From Felis catus (lineage: Eukaryota): a stretch of 64,000 nt of DNA. Below are positions 26,786-40,682 of the stretch, one piece after another. The position numbers were made by a program, and so were the translations under genes. The notes below the pieces were generated by a model. The model saw nothing but the letters and a program-made list of their open reading frames with translations, did not search any database and was not told the DNA's origin. Each line of letters starts with the position of its first letter. Within the stretch, counting starts at the first letter, position 1. Location of the stretch: the NCBI RefSeq assembly GCF_018350175.1, contig NC_058368.1:139564001-139628000 (forward strand), in the 5' to 3' direction.

Positions 26786-28687
26786 GTCTTGGATTTCAGT
26801 ATGAGGTACCTGGTATTCCTGTGAACGTGAGAGTGTTAGAATATTGTTTACTCAGAAGCACACGGTTGGAAAACACCTATGGAGAGACCAAGTGCCAGTC
26901 AGTAAGACTTAATTAGAATTAATCCTAGAGATTAATTAGTTAACAGAACAACCAACCAACTAGAATGGGTTATTTGGCTTTGGTGTCTCCCCTCCCACCT
27001 ACCCTGTGACAACTCATCCCCCAACATTAAAGTCTCCACATCTGTAGTTTTAGCAGCCTATTCCCCTCACTGTCCTCATTATTCCCCTTGGTCCCTACTC
27101 TCTCTCCCAAAGGTCCCACATAAGAGTAGGGGGGACAAAAAAAAGGCAAACCTACTTTTAAAGAGGTTTGTATCTACCACTATCCACTCACTGGCCTCAC
27201 TCACCTACCTTGTAGCCCCAAAGTTTGAAGCCTCGCCTCAACCTCCTTGTAACCCCCCAAGTTTGACTCTTGTAGTTTAACTTCTGGGGATCTCAGGCCT
27301 GGAGCAGGATTACTCAACTGTTGAGTCAAGAAACTGACTCAACAGACCATTGCATTTGGTTAATTCTGAAGCCAGATGGCAGGGAGCATTTAAAGGAAGA
27401 AGGACCCTGTGCCAGCTGCTAACAGAGCAGCACCTCGTGTGTTTTGTTGAGGAAACTCTCAGCATAAGGAAGTAATCCAGAATAGAAGGGCTGTAGTCAT
27501 CTAGCCGATGTTGATTATGGAACTCCTTTGCTTTCCTGTCACTTGAAATTTGAAATGGTCAACAGGGCTTAGTAGATGAGGTGGGGGTGGGGGCCAGTGG
27601 AGCAATTCTGTCTCAGTCTCCATCCTAAAACCATCTGGGATTGCATGTTAGGAACGTTGGACACAATAAAGCAAATCCAGAGTATTGATTGCCCTAAATG
27701 ATATGGGACAGAAGAACCTCACTTGCCAGCTCTCTCGTACCCCTTGAAGCTCACAAAAGAGATCAAACAGAGGAGTCTCTTCCTCCCTGCCCATTTCACT
27801 GTCTGGACTTGGGCTCTAGCCTCAAAGGGCTCTTAAAGTAAAACCATCCCGTTTTAATGCACTGCCTGCCTTAGTCTTTTCTGATCTAGGGTATATATAA
27901 CCTGTGAGAGATCTACCTCATTCTTAAACTTTATTGCTCTTAAGAGCAAGATAGAGTCAGTGTGTATGGAGCAGCCCATTCACCTCTGGCCATCTGGATG
28001 CTCTCGCCCACATTGTACAACCCTTGGTAAGTAGCAAAAGCTTAAAGTTGGCTTGCTGGTATAGCCTGGATAATTGTAATTTTACATGGGAAGCTCTTGG
28101 GGAAATGCTCATCTTTTAACTTGTTTAGGACAGTGCCTACTTCAGCCAGTAGAAAACAAACCTTGAACACCACCAGAAAAAAAATGTTGGGCATACATCG
28201 CCAATAAATGTGTATTTCTTGATAAATTATATTGAATTATGTATATCGTCAAATAAAAGACTTGAATGATAAAAAAACATATATATATAGAAATAAAACT
28301 GAAGATCTTTTTTTTCTTGTATTTTAGTGGTAAATCTTGCCCACATTTTCCTCCAGACTGGACAGAAGTCTAATGAAGACAGTGAAGGGACCATGCCTTT
28401 TCTTGTCACTTTAGTACAGCATCTTAAAGGTCCTCAATGTTGTTAAATGGCCGACAAAATGAGTATAATTAGGACTTACTCCAAAGAGAAAATAATAGTC
28501 ATTTACAACAGGAGGAGCACAGCAGTGTTGAGTTGGGAATCCAGAGACCTCCATTCCAGCCATGGCTTTGCCACTCATTGGCTGTGAGACCTTAGTCTCT
28601 TTTCCTTGGTTCCCTTGTCAAAGGAGATTGCTGGATTAGTGGCTTCTAAGGCCTTAAGTAGCTATGTTCTATGAAATGCTGTATTTA

Positions 28688-28690
<3 letters not shown>

Positions 28691-28733
<43 letters not shown>
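28691..28733. repeat. (AT)n microsatellite
   Basis: Seen directly. Confidence 0.95.
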
Positions 28734-28737
<4 letters not shown>

Positions 28738-31700
28738 CTCATTCTATTATCCAAAGATGGAAATATCTTTGTAGTGGCTGTGGTATGGATCTCAAGTCTG
28801 TCCAGTTTAGGGAACAGCTTAGCTACCTAATGCACAGCACCACAGGGGCTCTGGGCAGAGGTCGCTTAGCCAATGGTCTCCCATTTTGTCATGTTTCATC
28901 AGCTGCTCAGCTAAGTCTACTTGTCTTTGCAGCCTAGACCCATGTGGGCTGTGACAGTGCTTTACAATTCCTTGCACATCTGCTACTACCCTTGGCTGGG
29001 AGATTGGGATCTCTTTCTAAGGGCTTACATCCTAAGGGAAGAGAAGATAATTGTGTCCCTCTTGCTAGATCTTCTCCTTCTGTATGTAACATATCCTTGG
29101 ACAACCTCTCCTTCCTTTATCTCTTCGGTTTTCAAATCTGCACCTTTCATTGAAGTTAAAACCCTCTGCCCCTCTCTGCTCCATTTACTGTATTTCACAG
29201 CCTATCCATTTTTTCCCTCTTTACTGCCTTAAACATTCTATTGAAACTGCTGATTTTAGGTGGAGAGGGAGCTATGTTCTGAGGTTTATGTCAGTGGGGC
29301 TGAAAAGCTGGAGTCTAGCTTATTAGTTAATACAACAATGTCATACTGTTATATAATCCAACTCTGAAGGGGGAAAAGCACAATGGAACTGAAGAGGAAG
29401 AGTTGAAGGGCTGGTATAATTAAGGTCAGAAATTGGGACCCTCAAGTAGGTTCTGAATGTTGACTGAAGGGAGGAGAGAGGAGTGCCTGAGAAGGTAACT
29501 TGCTTCTGATTGCTGAGTGACAGACATGGAGTAAATCCACCCGACAGGGATGATTCATTTGTAGAGGGACTAAGGTGAGTCGGGCTGGTAAGGCAGACAG
29601 ACTAAGGCTAAACTCTTACAAGATAACTTTTGACATTAGACTGAAGTCAAGCAGTGTGGACTCCGTTCTAGAGAGCACTGGTAAAACATTTAAGCAAGAG
29701 GCATTATGTATTACGGTACAATTTCATAGTGGCAGGAGGGAGAACTGATGATAAATAGAAAGGCAAAGACATCACTTAGGAGACTCTCTACACGGATTCT
29801 CCAGCTCAGAACTCTTTCCCATTCAGCTGCTATTTTATAAACACGGGACAGACGGCCAGGCAGCTCTAGTTTGAGACACGATGCTATTGCTTCCATTTCT
29901 CAAGTTTTAAAAACTCATTATTTCCCCTCCCCATTTCTGACATTGTAATGAGAATTATGTACAAGTAAAAATGACATTAGCAAGACTTATTCCACATCCT
30001 AACAAAACCAGGCATCAAACCCCATTGAGTTTTTTCTCAGATGTGTTACACAATAATGCTCAAAACAGACCTTCAGTGCTGGTAGAATGAATCAAACTAC
30101 TTCACAGAGCCTTCTGGGTTCCATGAAGTGGCTTTGTCTCTCTAGTTTTCTCCCTCACTAGACATACACCTGCAGGCAAAACTGCAGACAGACAAGGCAA
30201 GTAACTTACAGTTTAGCCCAAAGCCCAAAAATGTTTACATCCTTCTTGTCTTTAAACTCAAAAGACAATATGCAGCATGCATGTGGTTGACTAAATAATC
30301 CCTAACATTTGCAGAGTGCTTTAAAAGTTTTCAAGAAATTCTAAATATGTTGTCTCACTCTTCCCCAAACAACCCTGTAGATGTAGATGATTATTACTTT
30401 ACAGAAAAGAAAAATAGATGCAGACATTGAAATGACTTGGCAAGATCAAAACTGTTCAAGTGAGAATCCGAAAATTTCGTCTGTCTTCTCGTCTTCTGTC
30501 TTCTAAGCCATTCGTTCCTTTCTGGTATGTTAAACACAGGATTCCCAGGAACATGGTGAAAAATTCACTTAGAAATAACAAACTCTACTGGATGTTAGTA
30601 ATGAAAAGTGAAAATTCACAAACCACAAATTACACAGCAGTTTTAAAATAAAGTGAACAATTAGACAATTTACCAATTTGGTGCTATCAACATTGACAGA
30701 AGTTGGTAACTTGTTAAAACACAGCAACAACCCATTTCTTACTTTTTCAGAACACAACTGAGAACCAAGAATCAAAAAACAAAACACTTGCATATCTTGA
30801 AGGTAGCTAAGTATATCATTCAATGCACCTTATTCAAATGTTCCTGATTGCAAAGCCTATTTCCTCTTAGTTTATATACATTCCTAAAAAGCTTGGTTAT
30901 GACAAAAACAACATAGGCCAGATGTTCTGTTCATTGTTGTATCCCTGATCCTGTAACACCGCATGGCATGGAGTAGGTGCTCAATAAATACTTGCTCTTG
31001 GAATTGTTTTGAGTGTGGAGAATTAATGCTATCTGTACACAAGGCTAAAATTGCATGGACGGGGGACTAACCTCATGTAACTCTTGCACATGGATCCCCC
31101 TGCTGCTGGACCCAGTTCCCACTTTGGCTTCCCAATTCTAAGGAAGAGTAACATGAAAGAATCAGAGTGAAATGACTGGAAGGGCATCTACAGCTTGCTT
31201 TACTTGCTACCTCAGGGGTCGTTTTGCTATTTTATAAACACGGGTGGTTCACAAAACAGTGGTAGCTATGCTGGAGGTTGTCTGTGGATTAAAAAACCCA
31301 ATAAACGAAATTTCTTGGGCTTGTGGCTTTTTTTTTTTTTTTTTTTTTTAATGATAAGAGTTCCTTGTCTTACCCCTCTAAGCTGGAGGACAGGAAGGCA
31401 GTCAAGGCATCAAATGATGGTCAAATTTAATCTTAAGATAAAACTTGTACATTTGGTAGGATTTTATGACATACAGGTATTTGGAATTTTTGTAAAGCCA
31501 ATAATGAAGTGTGTGGTGTTAATACCCATGCCTCAAAAGTGCTAGTCTTCATGCATGTCAATTCTAGTCCATCAAACACTAATAGGTATTAAATACCTAA
31601 AGCGTTAAAAATCATCAGAATCTAATGGAAAGAAAAGACTTTGGAATCATTCAAGTAGGCCCGGAACCCAGCCTGGCCTGACCCCTTACTGTAAAATAGG

Positions 31701-32738
31701 GGCGATACCACCACCAACCAGCAGGGGCGGCAATGCTGGAAGAAGGTAGATAAAAGGCAGTTAGTTGCTCATATTCCAGACACTTAATGAGAGAGACATC
31801 ATCACTCAGCACCTCAACAATCATAAAACCTGGGTAAAATCCCGGTTGGATCTCCTTTTGTAGCTTTAAGGACAGTTAACATTTGTTCTAGTACTAAACT
31901 CGAATTCTGTGGAAGAGAGTTTAAGAGGCCAAAAAGTTTACCTTTATGGTATTTGTTGAATGCTATCCAAAGTATACAGACCTGGAAGGCTCACAGAAAA
32001 TTTGTTTCAATGGGTAAATAATGCAAATACTAACAATATGAGTCCTGTTGTAATCTAGTTTACACAATGGCAAAATTTGGAACATGCCATAAAGTCAACC
32101 CAATTTGAAATAGTTAGAAGTACACCTTATTTGCAGGTTACATTTCAGGTCAAGCCTAAGGCAAAAACTGCATATAAAGTCACTATTCAAAAACTTCTTA
32201 CAAGTGTGCCACAGGGACCACAAACTATTTGTCAACAAATCCAACACATTAAAATAAAAAAATCCAATACAACAGCCAGATTTTCTCGCCAGCACCCCAC
32301 CAGGTTAAGTAGTTGGCCTGTTTTTAGAGGTCATGTTTTTTTAGATGGTATATATCTTTGAACATGAGGAGAGAAATATGCTCAGGGTCTTTCAATATAA
32401 CCATGGAGGAACCCACTGACTGAACTGCAAATCCACACTTCCCTTCTCATGGTTGTCCTAGAGCATAGATTCCCTAAGTGTAACAAGTGGAGCTGTCCAT
32501 GTAATTTAAATAAACGAGACAGGATTTATTTACCGCTACATGTAGTTGAATTTTAAGTGTGCATGACTGGCACCGTGCTTTCATTTTAGAAATACCCAAC
32601 TATATATGGCCTTACTTTCTAGCAATCTGAAAAAACTTTGCATCAGCTTTCATAAGTAAGACATTCATTTCACACTATAATCCACTACACACACACACAC
32701 ATATGAAAAAAAGATTCACAAAATATTTAAATATTCAC

Positions 32739-33328
32739 GCGGCGCCTGGGTGCCTCAGTCATTTGAATGCCCGACTTCGGCTCAGGTCACGATCTTGCAG
32801 CTCATGAATTCCAGCCCACACTGGGCTCTGTGCTTACAGCTCAAGAGCCTGGAGCTTGCTTCAGATTCTGTGTCAGCACCTCTCTCTAACCCTCTCTGTT
32901 CATGCTACGTCTCACTCTCTCTCAAAAATATAAGCATTAAAAAATATATATATATTCACATGCTATGTACTTGATCTATTCCATTCTGTTCTATTTTGTT
33001 GAAAAATATTTACGTGGCTTTCTTGATCCCTAACTGGGTTATAACCTCTAGTTTAAAAAATATTAAACTGGAGTTATTTCAAGCTCTTAACTATTTAGAA
33101 TTATGCAGGCAAGGGCGCCTAGGTGGCTCAGTCGGTTAAGTGTCCGACTTCAGCTCCGGTCATGATCTTGCAGTTCGTGGGTTCAAGCCCCTCATCAGGC
33201 TCTGTGCTGACAGCTCAGAGTCTGGAACCTGCGTCGGATTCTGTGTGTGTGTGTCTCTCTCTCTCTCTCTGCCCCTCCCCTGCTCATACTCTGTCTGTCT
33301 CAAAAATAAATAAAAACATTAAAAAAAA
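32739..33328 (+). mobile_element. Two forward SINEs (32739-~32945; 33113-33328)
   Basis: TSDs atattcac and tttagaattatgcaggca. Confidence 0.92.
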
Positions 33329-33444
33329 TTTAGAATTATGCAGGCAGTATCTAGGGGTTAAGGAAAACAAGCAAGCAAGTACATTTGTCCATAATATTTT
33401 AATACTTTTCCACTTTTAAATACTGGTTTTAATTTTGTGATTGT

Positions 33445-36400
33445 AACATGGAAGATCCAACTTTATTATTTTTTAAAAACATCATCAGGATCATAAAGCT
33501 ATTATAGAATAGTTACACTCTACACACTCCCAAGGTACTTTAAAATGATTATGTTTTGAGTTTGTAGGTGAACAATGACAGTAATCCAAATACATTGTCT
33601 GTACAACTCGGACTAAATACTGGTGAAAGTGTTTAATTGAACAAACAATTGATAAGCTTAATTAACCAGCACAATTTCACAAGAGAACCAGCTCAGCCCA
33701 ACTAAAATGTTCTCAATAGCAGTTGACACTGATGTTGTATAGGTGCACAAGTTAGCCGATGAAACTCAACAAACGGGAAACCCATTCTTCCTTTTCCTTA
33801 TTTTGTGTTCTTACACCTCCCTCCCAGCCATCCCCTCCTCGGTCTACCTCGATCGCCTTTGTGGTGTTCCCAAACCAAGAGCTGCTGTGATCACCCTCCA
33901 CCTCAAAATCAGGAGTCCTGAGTTCCAAGTGAAACACTGTGCTCTCCTGTCCTGTACAGTGGGCAGTCAGGGACAAAACCCATCATTACCAGTATTTTCC
34001 AAATTTCTATCACAGTACAAAAGAGTGAACTAGTTGAAAAGAGAGTAGTAAAAGGATCATTTTTTTTGTTTTTTGTTTTTGTTTGGGAGACAGAAGAAAT
34101 TACTGTTTTTGGGAAAACATCATGTATATTCAGATACTGATTAAAGAATCAGCCACAGAGAAATAATTCTAGAGGGTCTGAATATTGTTTAAAATGGCTA
34201 GTACCTCTCCAATTTTGAGCTCTTTAAAACTCTTTTCGCATTCCCCAACTCATTTCTAAATCTGACTGGATGGGATTAACTCTAGTGAAGTACCTGTACA
34301 GTTATCTAAAGGTAAAATGTATCTTCTTTTTTTTTATACAAATATTTTTAGTGTAATCATTTCATTTACAGAATTGCAAAAGTGTATCTAACAGTTAGTG
34401 CAAATGCAACTAATGATAATTAGATTTAGACATTGCTTTGTTAAGTTTTCCATACCTTTGTAAAATGAAGCTATTCAATTTAGTTATGAAAGAGTTACTT
34501 GTCCATGTTCATGATAGTTACCAAAAATGGCAAACAGAGGAATATTTATAGTGGGCATAGAGAATTTTTTTGAAGATTCCCATCAGCGGCTTAAGGTTAA
34601 TAAACCTTCCCTCCCCAACCCTCCCATATTCCCATCCCAACCCCACAGCTGATTGTAAAATAAAATACACATTTGAGGTATAAACTTTTCTTTTTTAAAC
34701 ATCACAATATAAAATGTTAACTGGCGATGTAGTAAACTCATATGATAATTTGTCTTATTTGCCTTACTAGCATTACCACCATATAGGCACTTTTCCACAT
34801 AGTCAAATTATGAACAGCATTTTTCTGTATAAGGCATATTCCATGCACATCATTAGAGAAAGGTAAATTAAAAAATAGAAAAGATTTATGGAACATGAAA
34901 TCTGCGTGCATGTAATATAAGCATATGTTTTATATGTATTTTTCTCTCTGTACAGAATAATAAATACCACTATATCTGATGCAAGTAATTCACTTCCAGG
35001 ATTGTGCATATTAAGTGATCAGACTAATCCCATCATTAAATTATCACCTTGCATTTATCATTAAGACTCCATTACCATGTATGAAATATATACAGGACAT
35101 GTTCCAAGTGACATGACTTTCTGCTTTACAAAATGGGTCTGATTTCTGTGTTTCTACAGAGATGAACAAGTCAGCATAGCATCTACAAAATGCCTCTGAC
35201 ATATGTAAGCACATTTGTGTATAAACACAATGAAGATTTTGAAGTGGGCAGTCATTTCTACTTCAGTGAGTACCATTCCTTGCCTCAACTCCATGCTTCA
35301 AGGTTTTTCACAGAGGCCTAAAACTAAAGAAGGTATTTTACACTTAAGCTCTTACAGCAAGTAAGGAAAGAATTTCAGTTTGAATCACATGGAATCCTTT
35401 ACTGCTCTGCTGCAAATTCTGATCAAGAGGCAAACCGGAGCACTGCTCACATTTTATATGCATATCCTGCAACATATCTTTTAAACTGAGCCAAATTAGA
35501 AGAACTGACAAACAGGCCTGTTACGAACACCAGAAATACTGAATCAAATGTCAAACCCCAACAGCTTGATTTACCTTAACAAGAAATACCGTACATCCTC
35601 TTACAAATTTTGAGAAAATATGAGCTCATTTTATCCTTACCACTGTACCAAAAAGTAGTTTATACCCACAAGATTTCTGTTTCCATTTGGAGGCAGACAG
35701 AACCAATTTAGGAATTACCAAATTGTGTTTGTAAACAAACTGAAAAAAATCTGTAGCACACATTACACAACTAAAAATACAATAGAAATATAAAGATACC
35801 TGGGGGAAAAAATAAAGCTTTTCACTCTTTCTCCATCAGAACCAAGGTTCTTCATAGGAGTAAGACTATAGAAAAGGTGAAATCACAGGTTATTTGACAG
35901 CCCTCAGTTATTAAGAGACACTTTACGTAACATGAATCATTATAGAAATCAGCAGCAATGAATTCTATGATTATACAAAGCAAAAAAGTCAAAAAATTCT
36001 GAACACAGATTTAACCATAGGCCTGAAAAAAGAACCCCATCCAGATATTTGGTGCACAGAAAGCACATGCCCCATGTGCATTCAACTTTTGTGCTTTTCT
36101 TTTGTGCACAAAACCTGATACAAATGAGGATCTTAGGCCGGACCATAGTAAATTAAAAATTCTGAAAAAGTTTCCAAAAATTAAAGCATCAATTCCTAGT
36201 TGTGATTCAAAGTTGATTTTTTTTTTTTTTCTCTTCTAGGAGCAAGCAAATAAAAATATAGCCATATACATGTAATTTTACATGTATTTATAGTTATATG
36301 CTGAGCGAGGAGATCTAGCAGGAGACAGCTAGTGTTAGATGTTCACCTTTGCTATTGCAATATTTCTTCATTTTTGTACACAAGGCCAGGGTGTTGGGCC

Positions 36401-36501
36401 ACAGACAAGGCTATAGATCCTACGTTCCAGCTTAGAGCATTCAATTTTGTTTTTTATTTTTTTCCTCCAACATGGAATGTCACACAGCCTTGCTTCAGTC
36501 A
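33445..36501 (-). other. CERT1: Probable CERT1 distal 3'-UTR terminal exon
   Basis: Strong acceptor cttattttctttcctgcag|TGACTGAAGCAAGG at 36501, donor CAG|gtactg 9 nt after the stop (39982), about 3 kb free of SINEs, AATAAA (- strand) at 33462-33467. The 3' end is approximate. Confidence 0.7.
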
Positions 36502-38084
36502 CTGCAGGAAAGAAAATAAGTAAACAATTAAGAAATACATTATTACTGAGAGTGGCAAGACTACCAGAACAGATTCCTCCTACCCTGTGAATTCATGGAA
36601 TACACAGATCTCTATTAAATATTTATGCTTTATAGATTTTCACCGTTAAAAATGTTAAAATTGTAAACCTTACATATCTGAAACTGATCAGCAAGGAACA
36701 GAAGGAACGTTTTGAAAACTCAAAAAAGAAGGGAAATATACCATAGATAAGCAAAGAGGGAATCAACCAGAATTCTCTGGGTTTACACCCCCAAAACCAG
36801 CATTTCCTTCTTCTTAGTCTTCAATAAAAATTATGCTATAAAATACCAGTTATCAAGAATTGACTATGAGTTTTAACTATCTTTGGACCTCATTAATTCT
36901 TTATGAAATTTCACTAAAGATCATAAACACTATTGGAAGTTATAATTTCTTCATCACTAAAATTAGGATAGCTTTCCTAAAATTTCAATGCTAGAATCCA
37001 CTTCATACATACATCTGTCCAAACTTATTATGAAACAAATACTACTTTAGGTAAACAAAGATTTTCACTATGGTGTTAAGGTTTGAATTTGGTGCTTTGT
37101 CAGAAAGAAGCTCAACCTGGACTCAAGGCCAGAGCTAAGTTGTGGCCACTGAATCTTCATAGTTCTGTCTTTGCATACATACACATACATCCACAAACAA
37201 TGCTACCTCCTTCCTCTGAGATGGATTTCAACCCCCTCCCTGCTAGGTACTGTGTGCACACACAGACACAGACTCACACAGACACATGCACAGTCAATAA
37301 ACAATGCCCTAAATCCAACAGTTCTGAGGCAAAATGCTGTTAATAATGTTAGCATGTATTTTACAAATGCTTAAGAAAATTCTTCTTTTCAAACATAGGT
37401 GAGAGCAAGTTCTATACATAACTGCATTCTGATTTCTTTTGCTTAATAGATGGTTATATTTTCTGCCCTGCTCATTTTAGCAAGGCTGGGGGTAGAGATG
37501 AAGAGAGAAAGCAGATTATAGCTGCACACTTGGTCTTGATTAGAGCAAATAGTATTCTTTAGAAATCTTAAGGCTGTGGGGAGAGACAACCAGCTAAGTC
37601 AGGTGACATGGCCTGCTGCCATGACACAGCATCACGTTTCTGGTTAATTTGAGGTAACAGGGCAAAGATAAAATCAGCAAATTTGTGTCCAGATCTAGCC
37701 ATAACAATCCTAAAGTACGAGATATTCCAAAAGCCAGTACACTTATGCAATGCACTTGCACTTGAAGACAGAATCTCTCAAAGGTCAAGCTATATCCCAA
37801 AACACTAACCATTCAGGTAAGATTAGAATCTGTTTAACATTTTCAGGTAAGCTCTTTCTTAGGAAAGGCTAAATATCTGGGACATCAATGCAACAACTCT
37901 GGTGTTAGCATCTGACAATAAATTTAGCCTTTTTTTTTTTTTTAAGAGAGGCATACTATAAACAACATCAGAAACCAGAACTAGTTAAAAATATCAGTCA
38001 TTATATAACACTATTGAACATACTAATTTAATCTAAAGACTCAAGAATACAATAATCTAAGTTATTCAAGAATATAAACTTCTC

Positions 38085-38301
38085 GGGGCGCCTGGGTGGC
38101 TCAGTCGGTTAAGCGTCCGACTTCGGCTCAGTCATGATCTCGCGGTTTGTGAGTTCAAGCCCCGCATCGGGCTCTGTGCTGACAGCTCAGAGCCTGGAGC
38201 CTGTTTCAGATTCTGTGTCTCCCTCTCTCTCTCTGACCTTCCCCCGTTCATGCTCTGTCTCTCTTTGTCTCAAAAATAAATAAACGTTAAAAAAAAAAAA
38301 A
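38085..38301 (+). mobile_element. Young carnivore SINE
   Basis: Perfect TSD aagaatataaacttctc; CpG-rich body. Confidence 0.95.
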
Positions 38302-38449
38302 GAATATAAACTTCTCAGCCAATGATTTAATATCTAACATAGGTGAGAGTAAGAGAACATTCATAAATACTGCGGTTTATGAATTATACTTTGGTAATAT
38401 CTATTAAAAATTTAAATGTTAACACATACTGAGAGTTCACAGAAACAGA

Positions 38450-39010
38450 ATTATACAAATTTCTCTCAAATGGACCAAGAAATGTTCAAACTATTCATAG
38501 TAAGAGAAAGACAATAAAAACTATAGAGAAAGTATTTCTTTCCTATCAAGGTGGGAATAATCCAAGTTTTATTTCATACACTGTGTGAGAGGGTAAAGGG
38601 AAATAGGCACTCCAATACATTATTGCTGGTGAGATGATAAATTAATACAACTTCTTTATGGGCAATATCTAAAATAAAAACACACAACCCCCCGCCCCCG
38701 GGAAGTGCTGGCAGTGTCACATCTAGCAATTTATCCCACATATAAACTTATAAGTGGATATACTTGTAACACCGTTCCAGCAAAAATTGGAAACAACTTG
38801 AGTATCTAGCAAGGGAGGACTGGTTAGAAAATTATGTATATCCATGCAATGGGATACTGTATAGCCACAAAAAAATAATGAGGAAGGTCCATACTGATAT
38901 GCAAAGACCTTCAAAGTAAAGTAAGCGCAAAGACAAGATGCAGAACAATGTATTTTCTTCAACAACAACAACAAAAAGGTGTAAGTGTGGGAGACATACA
39001 CTTGTATTTG
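38450..39010 (+). mobile_element. Degenerate old L1 (L1M-type) fragment
   Basis: Residual L1 3' motifs (attgctggtgagatgataaattaatacaac...ggaaacaacttgagtatc...tactgtatagcc). Confidence 0.55.
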
Positions 39011-39038
39011 CTTGCTCAGGCATAAAAAATTCTCTGGA

Positions 39039-39251
39039 GGGGCGCCTGGGTGCCTCAGTTGGTTAAGTGTCTGACTATGGCTCAGGTCATGATCTCGTGG
39101 CCCGTGAGTTTGAGCCCCGCGTCGGGCTCTGTGGTGACAGCTCAGAGCCTGGAGCCTGCTTCCGATTCTGTGTCTCCCTCTCTCTCTGCCCCTCCCCTGT
39201 TCATGCTCTGTCTCTCTCTGTCTCAAAAATAAATAAACGTGAAAAAAAAAA
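39039..39251 (+). mobile_element. Carnivore SINE
   Basis: TSD aaaaaattctctgga. Confidence 0.95.
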
Positions 39252-39990
39252 TTCTCTGGAAAAGATATACAAATAGCACTTATACTCTTTCAGTTTGGGG
39301 GTGGGGGAAAGGCAAAATTGGGTGAGCAGGGGCAAGGGATAAATTTCACTGTTCATCTTTTCACACCCGACTTTTGAACCACGTTAACATATCATTTCTT
39401 GAAAAAGAATTAAAGATTCCAGCACTTTATGGGAAGATGTTCAACACAGCATTATCTGACAGTCAAAATATGGAACCAACATTATGATGGGACTGGTTAA
39501 TAAATTCTGGAACATTCATGTAACAGTTGTTAATGGAATGAGATAGTTTTATGTATCTCATGTCTTTAAATGGAGTACTAGTCAAGATATATTGTTAAAT
39601 AGAAAAAGCAAGCTGTAAAACAAGAAGTATAGAATAAACAAGTATTATTAACAAATAATCAAGAATACACATCATTCACTACATACATACAAAAGTATGG
39701 AAGAATAAACAATGAACCTCAAGTACTTTCTGGGAAGGGAAGAATACAGGGAATTTGTACTTCTAGAATTTTATAGCTCCATAATGTTAAAATGTCTTTG
39801 CATAAGCAAACATTGCCTCATATAAGCAGAAGAAAACAAGTTTTAAAGGCTTTAAAAATTACAACTTTGGGAACATTGTAAAACACATTAAAATTACTTT
39901 CAACAATTAACTAAATTTTAATATCTGCAGAGTCATATTAATCAAAGTTTTAAAAAAAGGGTAATATACATCTTCCAGTACCTGTTAATA

Positions 39991-40185
<195 letters not shown>

Positions 40186-40682
40186 TCATTTACTTCCTTT
40201 GCTTTCAAAATTTTCTCGTGTTGGAACAGTTAACATCTCTTAAAGTCCTGACTGCTAATTCCTTAATGCTAACCACCAGACAAGGACACATAGCAAACAA
40301 GAGAGCATTTATTACCTATTTAATAGGTTCTTGGCTCCCTAAATTAAATGCAAATATTAATATAGCAACATTTCAGGTTATGTAAGATAAATTTGTCAAA
40401 CTCTACTATAATCAAACAATATCACTCGAACATAACTGTCTCTTCAAACACAGTAGCAGTTACAGCCCTGTACAAAGAAGATTTGAGGATTTGATGGGAG
40501 GGATTCCAGTGACTACTGCAAGTAGGAAATGGGTGTAGTTAAGAATCCAAAGCAGGCAATAATTCAGAAAACAAAAAAGCCTGACAATAAGAAAAAGAAC
40601 TATTAATTTTCTTTACCATTATTGCTTTTATTTCTAATCATACATATATTCTATTAGGGCAAATATATAATAGATGGATTTT

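Noticed and set aside
31718..31731. CTCF-like CCAGCAGGGGCGGC (and CTCCAGGGGGGCAG near 2939)
   Set aside because: Both are one base out of register with the core consensus; not supportable without PWM scoring or ChIP data.
38723..39276. Recurring ORFs such as MAQSVERPTSAQVMIS... and MRQRETEHE... (also at 17551, 19127, 33123, 42939, 47204, 63704)
   Set aside because: These are translations of SINE copies, not a protein family.
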